This document shows positions 32,298 to 43,952 of a DNA stretch of 64,000 nucleotides, piece by piece; within the stretch, counting starts at the first letter, position 1; each line of letters starts with the position of its first letter. The notes beneath the pieces are model-generated. The model worked only from the letters and a program-made list of their open reading frames with translations. It had not been told where the DNA came from and ran no database searches. The stretch is from a virus. Location of the stretch: the IMG/VR virus record IMGVR_UViG_3300035670_000177, positions 3,212-67,211 of that record; one strand, given 5' to 3'. The position numbers and the translations under genes were made by a program.

Positions 32298-33241
32298 TAT
32301 CCAAATTTCTCTTTCAGTCTTTCATATTCTTTTCGCTCCCTAGCCTCTTGTTTCTCTTTCTTGACTTTTGCTTCTGCTTTTTCTCTGGTTTCTTTCTTCA
32401 GTCGCTTTTGGTATTCTTGTTCTGTCTCTTCTCTTTGAATAATAATGCGAGCGCAGATATTGCTGTAACCAGAATCGATATCTAAATCAGCGTCACCATA
32501 TTCCGCAATAAGCTTATCTAGCTGTTCTCTCATTTCAAACAAACTGCTCGAATAAACTAATTCATCTACATCTTTAAAGTCTTCTACCATCTTTTTCATA
32601 GTATTTCTCCTTTTAATCCCACTTCATAATTTCATCAATAACAGCAGGTGATAAATAATCATCATAATCTTGATCTTCTACGGGCGAGATTGAAACAACT
32701 CCGACGCCTTGAGCCATCCAAGAAATAACTTGAAGGCCTGTATCATTCAAGTATTGGACGGCTTCTTTCAAGTTATTAAGCGCAATCAATTGATCTTCAG
32801 TATAACGACTCATAATATCTCTCCCTTACAAATTAAATTCTTTCGCTGCTCTTAATAACAAACACCCTAATGCACGAGACTGCATCAAATAACCCTTCTC
32901 ATTCCTAACACAAGCTTCAGACGAATAAAGCCTCCATGCTTGTGTATTATCACATTTATGCAATACAAATCCTGCTTCAATGAGGGATTGTTTGATTGTT
33001 GAGGCATAAGTGCGCATAATTAATCCCAAATGCCAAAGGCTTGATACTTAATAGAGTCCACAAAACCACAACCTTGACTCATCTCGCAACGAATGTCCAT
33101 CTTCAACACAACTTCACCATCGTTCTTGTCTACAACATAGACAGTTTCTTGGTCTTGTGATTCATAAATAATAATCCCACGACTTTCAAATTTCTTGTAG
33201 ACAACATTGCCGTCGATAGTAAAGCTAATTTCTACGTTCAT
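32297..33241 (-). other. small CDSs (32297-32599, 32613-32813, 32826-33029, 33020-33241)
   Basis: SD-preceded ORFs. Confidence 0.65.
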
Positions 33242-33378
33242 GGTTTTCTCCCAGAGCTGCTGTTTTGTTGAGGTAATTATTGCACACAAAAGAAAGCCCG
33301 TCAATGGTAGGGAAGCCCATTTAACCACAGAGCTTATTAAAAGATTCTATAGCTAATGGGCTGTTAGATTGACAAAGG

Positions 33379-34344
33379 CTATTTAGTTCGAAAGCTAATC
33401 AGCTTACGTTCCGCTGCTTGATACCGTTCATAGCCTTTAGATTTATTCGTAATGCGGTCAGGGGCATACCATGAAATCTGTTCAATTGTTGGATTGATTG
33501 GTTCATGCTTTACAATCTCAACAATCTTTGGTTTTGAGGATGTTTCTACTGAGTAACGAAGCTCTCCATTTGAATACCAGGGACGTAAGAACAAATCAAC
33601 CCACTTATCATCTACAACTTCAATCCATTCTCCGTAAGTTTGTTCCCGAGTGCTACTATGCCAAGATCGATAAGAATAATTATAACCACGAACATTCCAA
33701 GTAGCTTTCACTTTACCAAGATAGTAATATTCGTGTTTGTCTTCAAAGAACTTCACCCAATCACCAGCCTTAATATCTTTAATGGAAATTAGCTTGTTAG
33801 CCAAAGTATCCATTTGATCAAGTGTAATCAAGTAAGGCTCTGAATTGATTGGAAGCAAAATGTGGTTATTACCTTCTCGTCCCCAACAACATTCTTGTTG
33901 AACAACACCACTAACAACAGTTGTGTGATGTAAAAGAGTTGCAAGGTTATCTGTGGGAATTTCGACTGTGAAATTACGAGGATCTTTTACACGAAATAGT
34001 TTATTGCTTGTACTCCAACGAGCAACAGAAGATCCTACATAAAATCCTGTAAGAGGTGTGTTGTCGTAAATGAACTCTTCACCTTTTCGTGCTGGAATTA
34101 CATGATCTACAATGACATGACCTTGTTCATCACGTTCATAATCGTATGAAGTTTTAGCGTCAGGTTTTAGTTTATAAACGTTCTGCGGACCAACAGATGC
34201 CCATGAACGGCCTGTTGCTTGCATCTTGGCGATGTTTGCAAGTGGTTGTCCGTCTTTTCCTTCTGCGTAGGGTGACATATAGGCAAGCTCATCTTCCCTA
34301 TCTACGCCTTTAACTACGAATAGTTGCTTTGCAATATTAATCAT
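33379..34344 (-). CDS. conserved hypothetical phage protein
   Basis: 321 aa; DN.PL.GF...R.S....FRV.DPR.F.VEI motif seen in phage proteins. Confidence 0.85.
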   Translation of the reverse strand: MINIAKQLFVVKGVDREDELAYMSPYAEGKDGQPLANIAKMQATGRSWASVGPQNVYKLKPDAKTSYDYERDEQGHVIVDHVIPARKGEEFIYDNTPLTGFYVGSSVARWSTSNKLFRVKDPRNFTVEIPTDNLATLLHHTTVVSGVVQQECCWGREGNNHILLPINSEPYLITLDQMDTLANKLISIKDIKAGDWVKFFEDKHEYYYLGKVKATWNVRGYNYSYRSWHSSTREQTYGEWIEVVDDKWVDLFLRPWYSNGELRYSVETSSKPKIVEIVKHEPINPTIEQISWYAPDRITNKSKGYERYQAAERKLISFRTK

Positions 34345-34537
34345 TCTCTTCTCCTAAACTAATTAATCTTTCTTTTACGTCTGTTAGACGCTCTCCCAAC
34401 AAAATCTTAGCTCTCACTTTCTCTTTATCAATGCAAACAATATCAGCAATTTGAGACAATGTAAATCCCTCTTGCCTAAGATTGTAACAACGGATAGCTT
34501 GAGCGTGTGAACGTTTCTGTGATCCTGATCCTGGCAT
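34337..34537 (-). CDS. small HTH protein
   Basis: LRQEGFTLSQIADIVCIDKEKVR. Confidence 0.6.
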   Translation of the reverse strand: MPGSGSQKRSHAQAIRCYNLRQEGFTLSQIADIVCIDKEKVRAKILLGERLTDVKERLISLGEEND

Positions 34538-35584
34538 TAGAATTTACTCTGAAATTCTTGATCTTCCCATTCAATGTAATCAACTTCTACTTGAACATTC
34601 GCCCAATCCAATACTTCTTGAGCTAACTGATTGAATGTGTCGTGACCAGAATAAATTACTCGTCCTTGATCGTCTTGAACAATAGTCCAATAGCCTGATT
34701 CTGGTGTGTTTACAATTAGTTTACTCATTTATTCAAAATCTCCACATTCAACTTCATAATTACCCCAGCAGTTTTCACGATACCATTCTGCTTCATCTGC
34801 ATCAAGGTCTTCAAGAGCCATTGATTCAAGATGTTGTTTACTAATCCACTTGTTAATCGAATAGGCTACTTCCGCCATGATTTCTTGCTTACGTTCTTTG
34901 CTAATCATTTAATATCTCCAATTCTTGTACATAATAGCAGCAGTCAGCTTTAGGTACTTTCCCTTGCATTTCATCCTTTCGTTTGTTTGCAGTAGATGGA
35001 CAATCATAAGCTTCGATTAACTTAGTACCATATCCATTACCTCCCCAAACTTCAACATATAATACATAAATTGTTTTCATTTATGATTTCTCCACCACCA
35101 TTGCGTTACAGACAAGCAGATCATACCCATCATAAAACCTGCGTAGTAATCAATATTCATTTAATATCCTCCTCTCGCACAGCAATCAAGACGCAATATT
35201 TGTTTCGTGGTATATATTGCTCACAAGCTGCGATAATAGCATCATTCTGTTTCTTTTCCAATACAGCTGGTGTTCCACCAATACGCCAAGCAAGGAACAA
35301 AAGCATAAGGATAGCACCTACACAAAACCAGAAAGCTCTCCAGCCAATATCAAACAACATAATCAATCCCCCTTCCAATAACGTAAAACATAAGCATCTT
35401 CATTAGTGAGAAAGCTAATCACTTCATACTTAACACCCGGAAGATTGTAAACATCTGAACAACCCCAAGTAGCACCGAATTCGTTCTTAAGCCATTCTGT
35501 TTCTCTTGATTCTTTACAACGGAATTGTAGAAACTTACGGAGGTGCTCTGTTAACTCTGATTCTTCTATTTCAATCCACATTAT

Positions 35585-35791
35585 TTATTCCTCTGGGTAA
35601 GTCATGTGTGCCCAATGAGTAACATCCCACATTTCAAGATGTTCACCAAAGCGACTATCCCAAATAGTGAAAACATCGTCTTTAATGTGAGCAATATCAA
35701 TCTGTTGTCCACCACAATGAGCGGGATAGCACACAAGATAGTCGCCATAAACAACAGGCATCTTGTCTTTCACACTAATCCATTCAATCAT
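35585..35791 (-). CDS. DUF551-like protein
   Basis: MIEWISVKDKMP...VTHWAHM..P. Confidence 0.75.
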   Translation of the reverse strand: MIEWISVKDKMPVVYGDYLVCYPAHCGGQQIDIAHIKDDVFTIWDSRFGEHLEMWDVTHWAHMTYPEE

Positions 35792-35990
35792 TTGAATACT
35801 CTTCCGGAAAATTAGCTTCTGCCCAATACAGAGCATCTACAATCACACCTTCAACAAGGAAGTAGCCCGGATCGTCGCCATTTTTATAATAACGTGCTTC
35901 TTGAATCTGTGGAAAACCTGCTGTAGTGAACACAAAATAGTGACCCCAATCAGAAGGCATTTCATCGTTTACGTTAGTCCAGTTAATCAT
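35784..35990 (-). CDS. DUF551-like protein (tandem paralog)
   Basis: MINWTNVNDEMP...LYWAEANFPE. Confidence 0.65.
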   Translation of the reverse strand: MINWTNVNDEMPSDWGHYFVFTTAGFPQIQEARYYKNGDDPGYFLVEGVIVDALYWAEANFPEEYSND

Positions 35991-36729
35991 TCGTTTTCTC
36001 CTTTTATATTCTTCAATATTTTTGTTCCTAGCTTCTCGACAAGCTCTTTCTAAACCAGCGCCCACACGAGTCTATTCCTTCCCATCATGATTCTTAGGTC
36101 CATACTGATGAATGACCACTTGTTTACCTTTGTTCTTTTCATTGATGTAGATATCAATTGCATAGTATGCAGACTCAATATCTTTGTAATATTCATACCA
36201 ACCATGATTGATGTTAACCCAAAGAAAACCAAACTTCTTCATTTGAGGGTAATACCAATCACCCACCTGTTTAATTCGATATCTCATAGCCTAACTCCAC
36301 AATATCCAGCCACAATTATAATGACAAGTGCTAGACAGAAAGCCATAACACCGTAAGTCAACCCTTTAATCTCTTGTCTGCCAAAGATGTCAAATCCTGA
36401 TGCGATAGAGCACACACCAAACACAATACAAATGAAAGCTGCGATGTAAATAAAATCAGCCATCATTCACTCCAGTAAGTCAAGTCTTCAAGGACGGCTT
36501 CAACAGGATCATATTCAGAACGTTCCTCATACAAAGCTTCTGCAAATCCATAGGCTGTTACAGTGTCAACGCCTTTAGAATGATATGCGTTGAAGGCTTT
36601 AGCAATCCACATAATGCGTTCAACGTCTTGTTTGGTCATCATTTTGTGTAGGTTGGTCATTTCAGAATCCCCGAATAGTTTTGATGTGCTTATCATAGGA
36701 CAAAAGAAAAGGGCCGTCAAGGCCCCATT

Positions 36730-37407
36730 TTAAAAATTGTAGCTTTTTGATTTCTTACGCTGTAGGTTTACCTTGTTCAGCACAATGCGGTACTCTGCAA
36801 CCTCGTGATGGTATTCAACAAATTTATTCAGAAGCTCTTGATCCTCCATAATCCAAACCGTTGCATTGTCACCAGGATGATGAATAACTAGAGATTCGCT
36901 AGAAATGTTGTGAATGTCGATAAAATCCTTGACAATTTCATTGAACTGTTTAGGGTAGTGGTCAATGTGACTGTCTTTCTTCCTGACCTTTAAGTTTGTT
37001 TCTGGACAAATCACGTAACCTTTCGAATCACCGAACTCATTAAAATAGGTATCTTTATAATCAATTGTCTGATCGTTTATAGCTGCACGGAAGATATCTT
37101 TAATCTTACCTTCTTTTGATTGTGAACTAATTGCTTTCACATAACTAAAATCAGTTACAGAACCATCAGCACGAAGTACATAGAATTGACGATTACGAGG
37201 ATTGATTAGGCAAGTACGAACACCAATCTTATACCCATCTCCTTGAGTCTTTTCATCATAACAATCATGCATTTTAAGGACATCGTTAATTACTTCAAAC
37301 CACTCACCATACAACTCAGAATTAAGTTTTGCATTGTTTAGTACAAACTTACAATAATTCTTTAGTGTTTGTTTAGTTTTAAATTCCATACCACCAGCTT
37401 CTACCAT
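36730..37407 (-). CDS. DCL (DUF3223) domain protein with an HNH-like C-terminal domain
   Basis: H....K..G...I.V...R.F...R.DG...DFSY.K (DCL signature); C-terminal CPET...HIDH.P...YH...N. Confidence 0.75.
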   Translation of the reverse strand: MVEAGGMEFKTKQTLKNYCKFVLNNAKLNSELYGEWFEVINDVLKMHDCYDEKTQGDGYKIGVRTCLINPRNRQFYVLRADGSVTDFSYVKAISSQSKEGKIKDIFRAAINDQTIDYKDTYFNEFGDSKGYVICPETNLKVRKKDSHIDHYPKQFNEIVKDFIDIHNISSESLVIHHPGDNATVWIMEDQELLNKFVEYHHEVAEYRIVLNKVNLQRKKSKSYNF

Positions 37408-37484
37408 CTCTTTACTCTCTTTTATATTTACTTAGGTTTGTTTTACATCTTTATTTGTTTACTTATTCTTTATATCTAATACAT

Positions 37485-37859
37485 ATCGTCTTAGATTAAA
37501 GCTTAGGAAAGATAGATTTATCCCAGCAATTGCCATACAAGAGTATCCTCTTGCCTAGACAAAAGCTTAATCTATCTCTCCTAAGCTGTCAACATCTCAT
37601 CGTCTTGAGTTGTCGCCTAGGCCATCATTAGGACGGAAGCTACCTGTTTGTAAGCATAGCCAAGATTGCTCATCATTCCACACGAAAAAGATTGACGTGC
37701 GTCACCGATCCCCTATAATGAGCTTCGATTCAGGTTGGCCGAGGATCTTCCCTCTTCATAGCCTTTAAGACAGAGCCGGTGAGTGATAGCTAATTAGCTA
37801 GCCCTAAAACGGGCAAATGACATTTCTCTCTCTGTCCGATACGCCATAAAACAACGTAG
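37485..37859 (-). ncRNA. structured RNA element copy 2 (promoter-driven, upstream of DCL/HNH)
   Basis: ORF-free; many stems; 19 bp basal stem 37500-37587 with G-U on minus; shares a core motif with copy 1. Confidence 0.65.
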
Positions 37860-37865
37860 GCATCT

Positions 37866-37893
37866 ATTCTATCACGAATCACCTAGAATACAA
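37866..37893 (-). promoter_or_regulatory. extended -10 sigma70 promoter for RNA copy 2
   Basis: TTGTAT-16-TAGAAT, TGn, followed by AGATG. Confidence 0.65.
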
Positions 37894-37988
37894 GAGATAA
37901 ATATTCTTTTTATTCAGCCTTTAGGAGATATATTCTCTCTTATTTACACAATCTATCAACCCTACACCATCCTATTGAAAATCTTAAT

Positions 37989-38016
37989 TAGACTCCTAAG
38001 CCAAGAGGTGTAGAAT
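37989..38016 (+). promoter_or_regulatory. sigma70 promoter
   Basis: TAGACT-16-TAGAAT upstream of the CDS at 38053. Confidence 0.55.
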
Positions 38017-38052
38017 AGAACGTATCGAAAACACAAACACGGAGATATACAG

Positions 38053-41000
38053 ATGGAATACAAAATCACACAGAAAGTCCTTGATCTGGTAGAAAAATTA
38101 TTCAAAGAAGGCTACACTGGTACTGTTGAAATTACGAAAGGTTATGCAACAGGAACAGCAAAACACCTTGAAGATAGCCTGTCTGTACAGCTTTCCGGCT
38201 TCTGCAAGGAACATCTCTATATGGTAGAGACGGTAGGTGAAGGCTATGGTGCCAATTGCGTGATGTTCGTTGGTCGCTATGATGAGCTTGGTCTTGCTGA
38301 AGACCCCAATGTTGAAACTGTTGTTGACATCGCTTGGCGAAAATACAAGACTTACAAAGACCGTGGTTACGGTATGCCTAATGAATTCGAAAGTCTGTTT
38401 ATAAAATACGGCTACCTGAAGAAGAAGGTTGTTGAAGTCTACGAAGAACAAGACTAAACACCCCTTTTACCAGGGAAATACAGCTAAAATAAACGCTTTA
38501 GCACACAAGACATACAGAGCTTGCGCTTAGAGAAGAAATGCACTAGAATGTGTGAAAAACCTGAGGATAAACGTCTTTGACGTTAACGGAGATTTGTAAT
38601 GAAAGAAAAGCTGAAAACCTTGTTTGAAAATTACCGAGGCACTGATTGGGGAATGGCCGCTGAGAAAATTGGTGATAACGTTCTTGAAATTGTTCGAGAT
38701 TTTGAAGAGGAAGTTGCTAGAAACGACGAATGTTGGAATGCTGTCATCAACTACATGCTTGGTAAAGGTTACACAGAAGAACCTCTTGAATTCCTACGCT
38801 GTTGGAATGAAGGTAATTTCGATGCTTTGCGTGAAGAGTGGCCTGATGCACCAAAAGAAATTTACTATGCTGATCCTTTGTACAAAGGTGAATAAGGAGA
38901 ATTGAGATGAGTGTTTTAACCTACCAACCAAGTCCAGAGCTTGGAGAAGTGAAAGTCGGAGATATGGTCAGCACACACGACAGCCAAGGATTCTTGATGG
39001 GGATGGTACGTGTAACTAAAGTAGCTAAGAGTTACATCAAAACTGAATGTGGTCGCCAATGGACGGTTGATTATGGTGAGTGGATTGCTTGCTTCCATGG
39101 CAATAAACCAGAAAGCTACCCTTTCCCGAATATTCGTAAAGTATAAAGGAGATAAAAGATGAGTAAAATTACGCTGCTGTACTTCAAAGACACGGGCAAA
39201 TGGGCATACGAAGGCACCTTGGAATTCCCCGATGATGGGAATATGTACGAACTGCGGGACTTGGTGAAGTCACTGGAGGACCAGCGGAAGCTTCCCGGTC
39301 TTGCTTCCGGTTCATGGGATGGTCCAATCTATATTGATTCTTCTTTACATCCCAAAGGCTTTCCACAATTGATTCTGTAAACGCTTGACACAGACCACAG
39401 AATGATGTTTAATAAGCCTAACGAAACGAAATGAGGAAGCAGCATCATGAGACACGAAATAGCTATCGACAACATCATTCTGACCTGTGACATTCACAGC
39501 TACATCAAGAAGTCTCCTGATTTCAACACGCTTGATAGCGACTGGGATGCAAGGGGTTATGAAGAGCTTGACTTCACTGTTGAAAGTGCTCTTGAGCTTG
39601 ACGAAGACGGACTACCTTTTGATTTATCTTCGACTGAGATTGACAAGCTGATGGCTGATGAGTGGTTTGTGAAGCTTATGCAGGAACGGCTAAAGAAAGA
39701 GATTTTGAAAATTATTGAAGCTGAGAAGGAGAATGAATGATGAGCAAGATTACAGCGTTTAAAGATTTACTGAAGGTTGTTAAGAAACATAAAGATTTCC
39801 TGTCTGAGGAACAGTTGTATCTTAATCCTAAAACTCTTGAGGGCATGATTCGTGCTCTTGAAGTGAGCGAACGCTTCGGCGTTGAGCTTTCTCATACACA
39901 AGGCGGAGATTGGCTACAGCTTAAGAATGTCTACGATGAATGGACACGACTGGGGTTGTTTGGTGAGAAGTATGGTCGTACAATCTCCTGGTCAGACGAC
40001 GGCAGTCAGCCTGTAGATGAATGGCTGTTTAAGATCAGCTTTACAACCGGTGCTTATATCTTTGGTGAGGGCGGTCTTTTTGACAAGAGCTATCCAAAGA
40101 AAACCTTCGATGCGTTCTTTGCTGAGTTGAAATCCTTTGGACCTGTATTTGTAGATTCAGCTAACCATTCGCTGTATTTCCGTGAGGATAATTCTAAAGC
40201 TGTTTACGAAGCTTTTTGGGATATCTTCAATAAGTACAAGAAAATGGTAAGCGAAGAAATGAAAGAACAACGCAAGCAAGAGATACTTAAAGAGTTGGAA
40301 GGACTTCAATGATGAAAATCGTAGATTGGTTCTTCAATAATTGGTGGGGTGGCGTTATTCTAGCTACTCTTGTCTGCACAACAAGCGACATCATTGTGTT
40401 TGGTAATAAGGTGGAGTTTGCTAATACATACATAGAAGGCATTAAGCTTTGTGAGGAGAAGAGTAAGTCACAATGCCTGTTGATGGTGGTGCCTGTAGAT
40501 AAAATTAAAGGAGTTGAAGAGTGATTACTAAATTTGTAGATATTTTAATGCAACACCAAGAAGAATTGAAAGGATTTTTTGTAAAACATCCAGATAATTA
40601 CAAAGATATTGTAAAGGCTGTTATTAGCTTGATTAGTATGTATAATGATAGTTATGAATCGCCAGACCCTGATTTGATTCATGAGATTGATGACGGTGAT
40701 TATCAAGGAACTTTGGTATATATTATTGCATCAAAAGGCTATCAGCCTGACACATACTGGGCTGTGAAAGTAGGGTATGGTAGTTGCTCTGGTTGTGATA
40801 CACTGGAAGCTATTCGTGATTACAGCGATGATGTCCCGGATGAGCAACAGGTTAAAGATTACATGACTTTGTGCCTTCATATTATTCAAGGCTTGAAGGA
40901 AATCTAATGACATTCAAAGTAAACATTGAACACGGGGTCTGCGGAGCAGACAGTACAAGCCTGTACACAACAGATGAGCTTATTTCCTATGGGCTTTCTG

Positions 41001-42345
41001 GCTGTCTTTATGCTGGAGAGACAGATTTGACAGCATTTGTCGAACAGATAGTGTCACATTATGAAACTAAGTGTGTAGCACATGACACAGATATTAATGA
41101 TCTAGAAGACGATGCTTATAGTCGTGGGCGTAGTGAATTGCTAGATGAGATTAAGAATTATTTGGAGAATATTTAATGGAACAAGTATTGAAGGCTATTA
41201 GTATTAATGATTTGGGTGTTGTGGTTGTAAAGCTTCCTACGGGTACATATTTGATCGATGGTGAAGTTGTTGTATCGGAGTACAGCTATAATCAAGCACA
41301 GCGAGAAATTGCCGTTAAAGATTTGGAAAACATCCGAACAATTTCCACAGTTACACATAAGACTCATTATGTTTCTGAAGCTGGGGATACTTTGTCAGTT
41401 AACGATTACCAAGAACAGTTGATTAAACTGTCCAAGTATTCAACTTTTGATGGTGCTGATGAGGATGAACACACATGGGAATCTCTTGAGGATGAATTTG
41501 CCTATCGTAAATTTAAGCAGACATGGAAAGTTGTCTACAAGAAAGAAACTATCTATTCAGAGCCTATGCTTGTAGATAAGACACATATTCGTCAAGACAC
41601 AGGTAATCCATACATCGTAGCTGGATATCTTACCGGGCGGGCTGATGTTCCTCTGTACAGCTATTCTCGTACACAAGCAATGCACCATCTTGTATCAGAT
41701 AAGTTTAAAAGTCTTGGTATGGATTTTGTTAAAGGGGTAAGCTATAGTTCCACCGAAGGCAAGAAAGTTTGGGGTAATTCGGATCATTCTGGGTTTGAAT
41801 ACTTAGTAGCTTTTGGTAAATACATCATCGGTAAAAATCTTGTAGCCAAAACTCGTGGAGAGTTTAAAGGCTCTCTTGAGCAATTACAGAAAACGTTCCA
41901 AGAAGATAAGAAATGGATTGAAGATTTGATTCAAACACATTATAATCTTCACTTTAGGAATGAATCAGCTTCAACTATGCTGCTAAGTGAAGTATACAAT
42001 GGTGTGAAAACTTGCTTGAATTATGTGAATACCATAGACGTTAAGGTTAAGTCGGAAACAAGTAAACGTAGTGTAGTACAACAACTTACTAAACTACTTG
42101 ATGCTGTAAATAAAGAAATCCTTGAGAAGTAGGGAGGCTTTTAAATGAACGTGACAAAACATTCTAGTAAGAACAGTACTTCTAAAGGTAGGATGCTGAA
42201 AGAATTGAAGAAACATCTTGATGCAGGGGCAACACAAATCGCTATTACATTGGAAGAGGATGAGGGTGATTCTTCGAAAAATGTGTATATGCTTGTTGTG
42301 CATGGGGTTAAATCTGAGGACCAGCAAAGCGAACAAAACTCATGA
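38053..42345 (+). other. hypothetical CDSs (38053-38457, 38599-38895, ~38908-39146, 39159-39380, 39447-39740, 39737-40312, 40309-40524, 40521-40907, ~40907-41176, 41176-42132, 42145-42345)
   Basis: Co-directional ORFs with SDs; promoter TTGACA-17-TTTAAT at 39385-39413. Confidence 0.75.
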
Positions 42346-43943
42346 CTTACCAAAAGAAATTTAAAAAGGAGAATTACGTGCAATCTATTGAGTCAATTGA
42401 AGACGTTCTGACTTATCCTATTAAGGCCATCCCAGAGCGGGGTATTAAACAATTTACAGCAGAACATTTCGAAATCCGCACACTGTTTTCTGAAGCTAGC
42501 GGCAAAGTAGAAGCTTACTATTTCCCTGTAAAGAAAGAAGGGAAAATTATTGGCTTCAGTAAGCGAGATATGCGTTATCCTAAAAAACATGATAACCACT
42601 TCTCAGCAGTCGGTAACGTTGATATTAAATCTGATCTTTGGGGTCAAGATAAGTGTAAAGCAGGTAAGACCTTAATCATCACTGAAGGTCAATTTGATGC
42701 TGCAATCACTTGGCAAGCTCTTATGGAGCACCAAAAGAATCCTGGCGAATACGTTCCAAACGTAGTTAGTATCGGCTTCGGGACTAAGAATGCCGCTGAA
42801 CACGTAGGCAACAATCTTGATTTTGTAGAAAAGTATTCTGAAGCCCGGATCGTCTTTGATGGTGATGAAGCTAAACCAGCAGAAGCCAAGAAAGGCATTA
42901 TGAAAGGCAAGGAAGCAACTGGCGAAGTTTGCCTTTTGCTGGGCAGTCGTGCTAAAGTAGTTGAACTGGAAAAAGACAAAGACCCTTGCGACTACAAGGA
43001 TAATCTTAAAGAGCTTAGCCGTCTTGTTAGCTGGACTGCTAAAGAATATGCACCGGAAGTATTGATTCGTGGTGGTATTGGTCTTGATAACCTCTTGACT
43101 CCCGTTGAATCTGGTACGATGGTTAGTTGCTTGCCTGAAACAATGCGAGTTATGCATGGTCTGCGACCAGCAGAGCTTACTGTAATCCTTGCTCCTACAA
43201 ACGTCGGGAAATCTACAATTTGCCGTGAAGTGCAGTATGCTCTTGCAAAAGATGGTAAGCATGTTGCTAACTACTTCATCGAAGAAGATAGTAAGAAAAC
43301 TCAACAAGCAATGATTGCACTTGATAATAATGTTCTTCTACCTAAATTCCGAGAAGATCCAAACATTATTACCCGTGAAGCTGCTGAAAAGAGTTACATG
43401 GAGCTTATTGATAATGGACGTACTCTTTGGATCGACACAGCACAGACTTTCGGTAAGCTCACCCCAAAAGAGTTTATCAAGAGCCTGAAGTGGGCACATG
43501 CAATGGGAGCTGAGTTTGCTATCCTTGACCACATCAGTATGATCTTTAGTGCATCAGAGAATGATAATGAACGTAAAGAGATTGACCAGCTTCTGACAGA
43601 GCTTGCAGCTTTTGTAACAACTACACGAATGCATTTGATTGTAGTGGCTCACATTAAGCGTATGCCAATCATCGCACCAAAAGATAAAGAAGGTAATGTC
43701 AAGTATCCTTACTGGGTTAAAGTAGATAAGGAAGCAGGCCGTGGTTCTGGTGCTTTTGAACAGCTAGCACACAACATTATTGTCCTTGAGCCTGAGATTC
43801 TTGAAAGTGGTGATCGTGGGCGCATGCGGACAAGGGTTGTAAAAAACCGTGAGTGGGGTTATATTGGTTTGGGTGATGTACTTACCATGCATCCTGTAAC
43901 TGGTCGATTGGTAAATGCAAAGACGAATGAAGAAGAATTTTAA
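42342..43943 (+). CDS. DNA primase-helicase (TOPRIM plus SF4 helicase)
   Basis: ITEG.FDA, FDGD, APTNVGKST, ILDHIS, RGSGAFEQ, KNR. Alternative GTG start at 42378. Confidence 0.95.
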   Translation: MTYQKKFKKENYVQSIESIEDVLTYPIKAIPERGIKQFTAEHFEIRTLFSEASGKVEAYYFPVKKEGKIIGFSKRDMRYPKKHDNHFSAVGNVDIKSDLWGQDKCKAGKTLIITEGQFDAAITWQALMEHQKNPGEYVPNVVSIGFGTKNAAEHVGNNLDFVEKYSEARIVFDGDEAKPAEAKKGIMKGKEATGEVCLLLGSRAKVVELEKDKDPCDYKDNLKELSRLVSWTAKEYAPEVLIRGGIGLDNLLTPVESGTMVSCLPETMRVMHGLRPAELTVILAPTNVGKSTICREVQYALAKDGKHVANYFIEEDSKKTQQAMIALDNNVLLPKFREDPNIITREAAEKSYMELIDNGRTLWIDTAQTFGKLTPKEFIKSLKWAHAMGAEFAILDHISMIFSASENDNERKEIDQLLTELAAFVTTTRMHLIVVAHIKRMPIIAPKDKEGNVKYPYWVKVDKEAGRGSGAFEQLAHNIIVLEPEILESGDRGRMRTRVVKNREWGYIGLGDVLTMHPVTGRLVNAKTNEEEF

Positions 43944-43952
43944 GGAGTAAAG

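Larger units (their letters stand above)
22338..36720 (-). promoter_or_regulatory. array of about 14 sigma70 promoters (22338-22366, 23219-23246, 23612-23640, 24054-24082, 24130-24157, 24688-24716, 25363-25392, 25885-25913, 28529-28557, 28928-28956, 31338-31366, 33276-33304, 36692-36720)
   Basis: Mostly TTGAC(A/T/C/G)-16/18-TAnnnT, a few with one-box deviations; most are followed by AC-rich leaders and SD-ATG. Confidence 0.75.
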
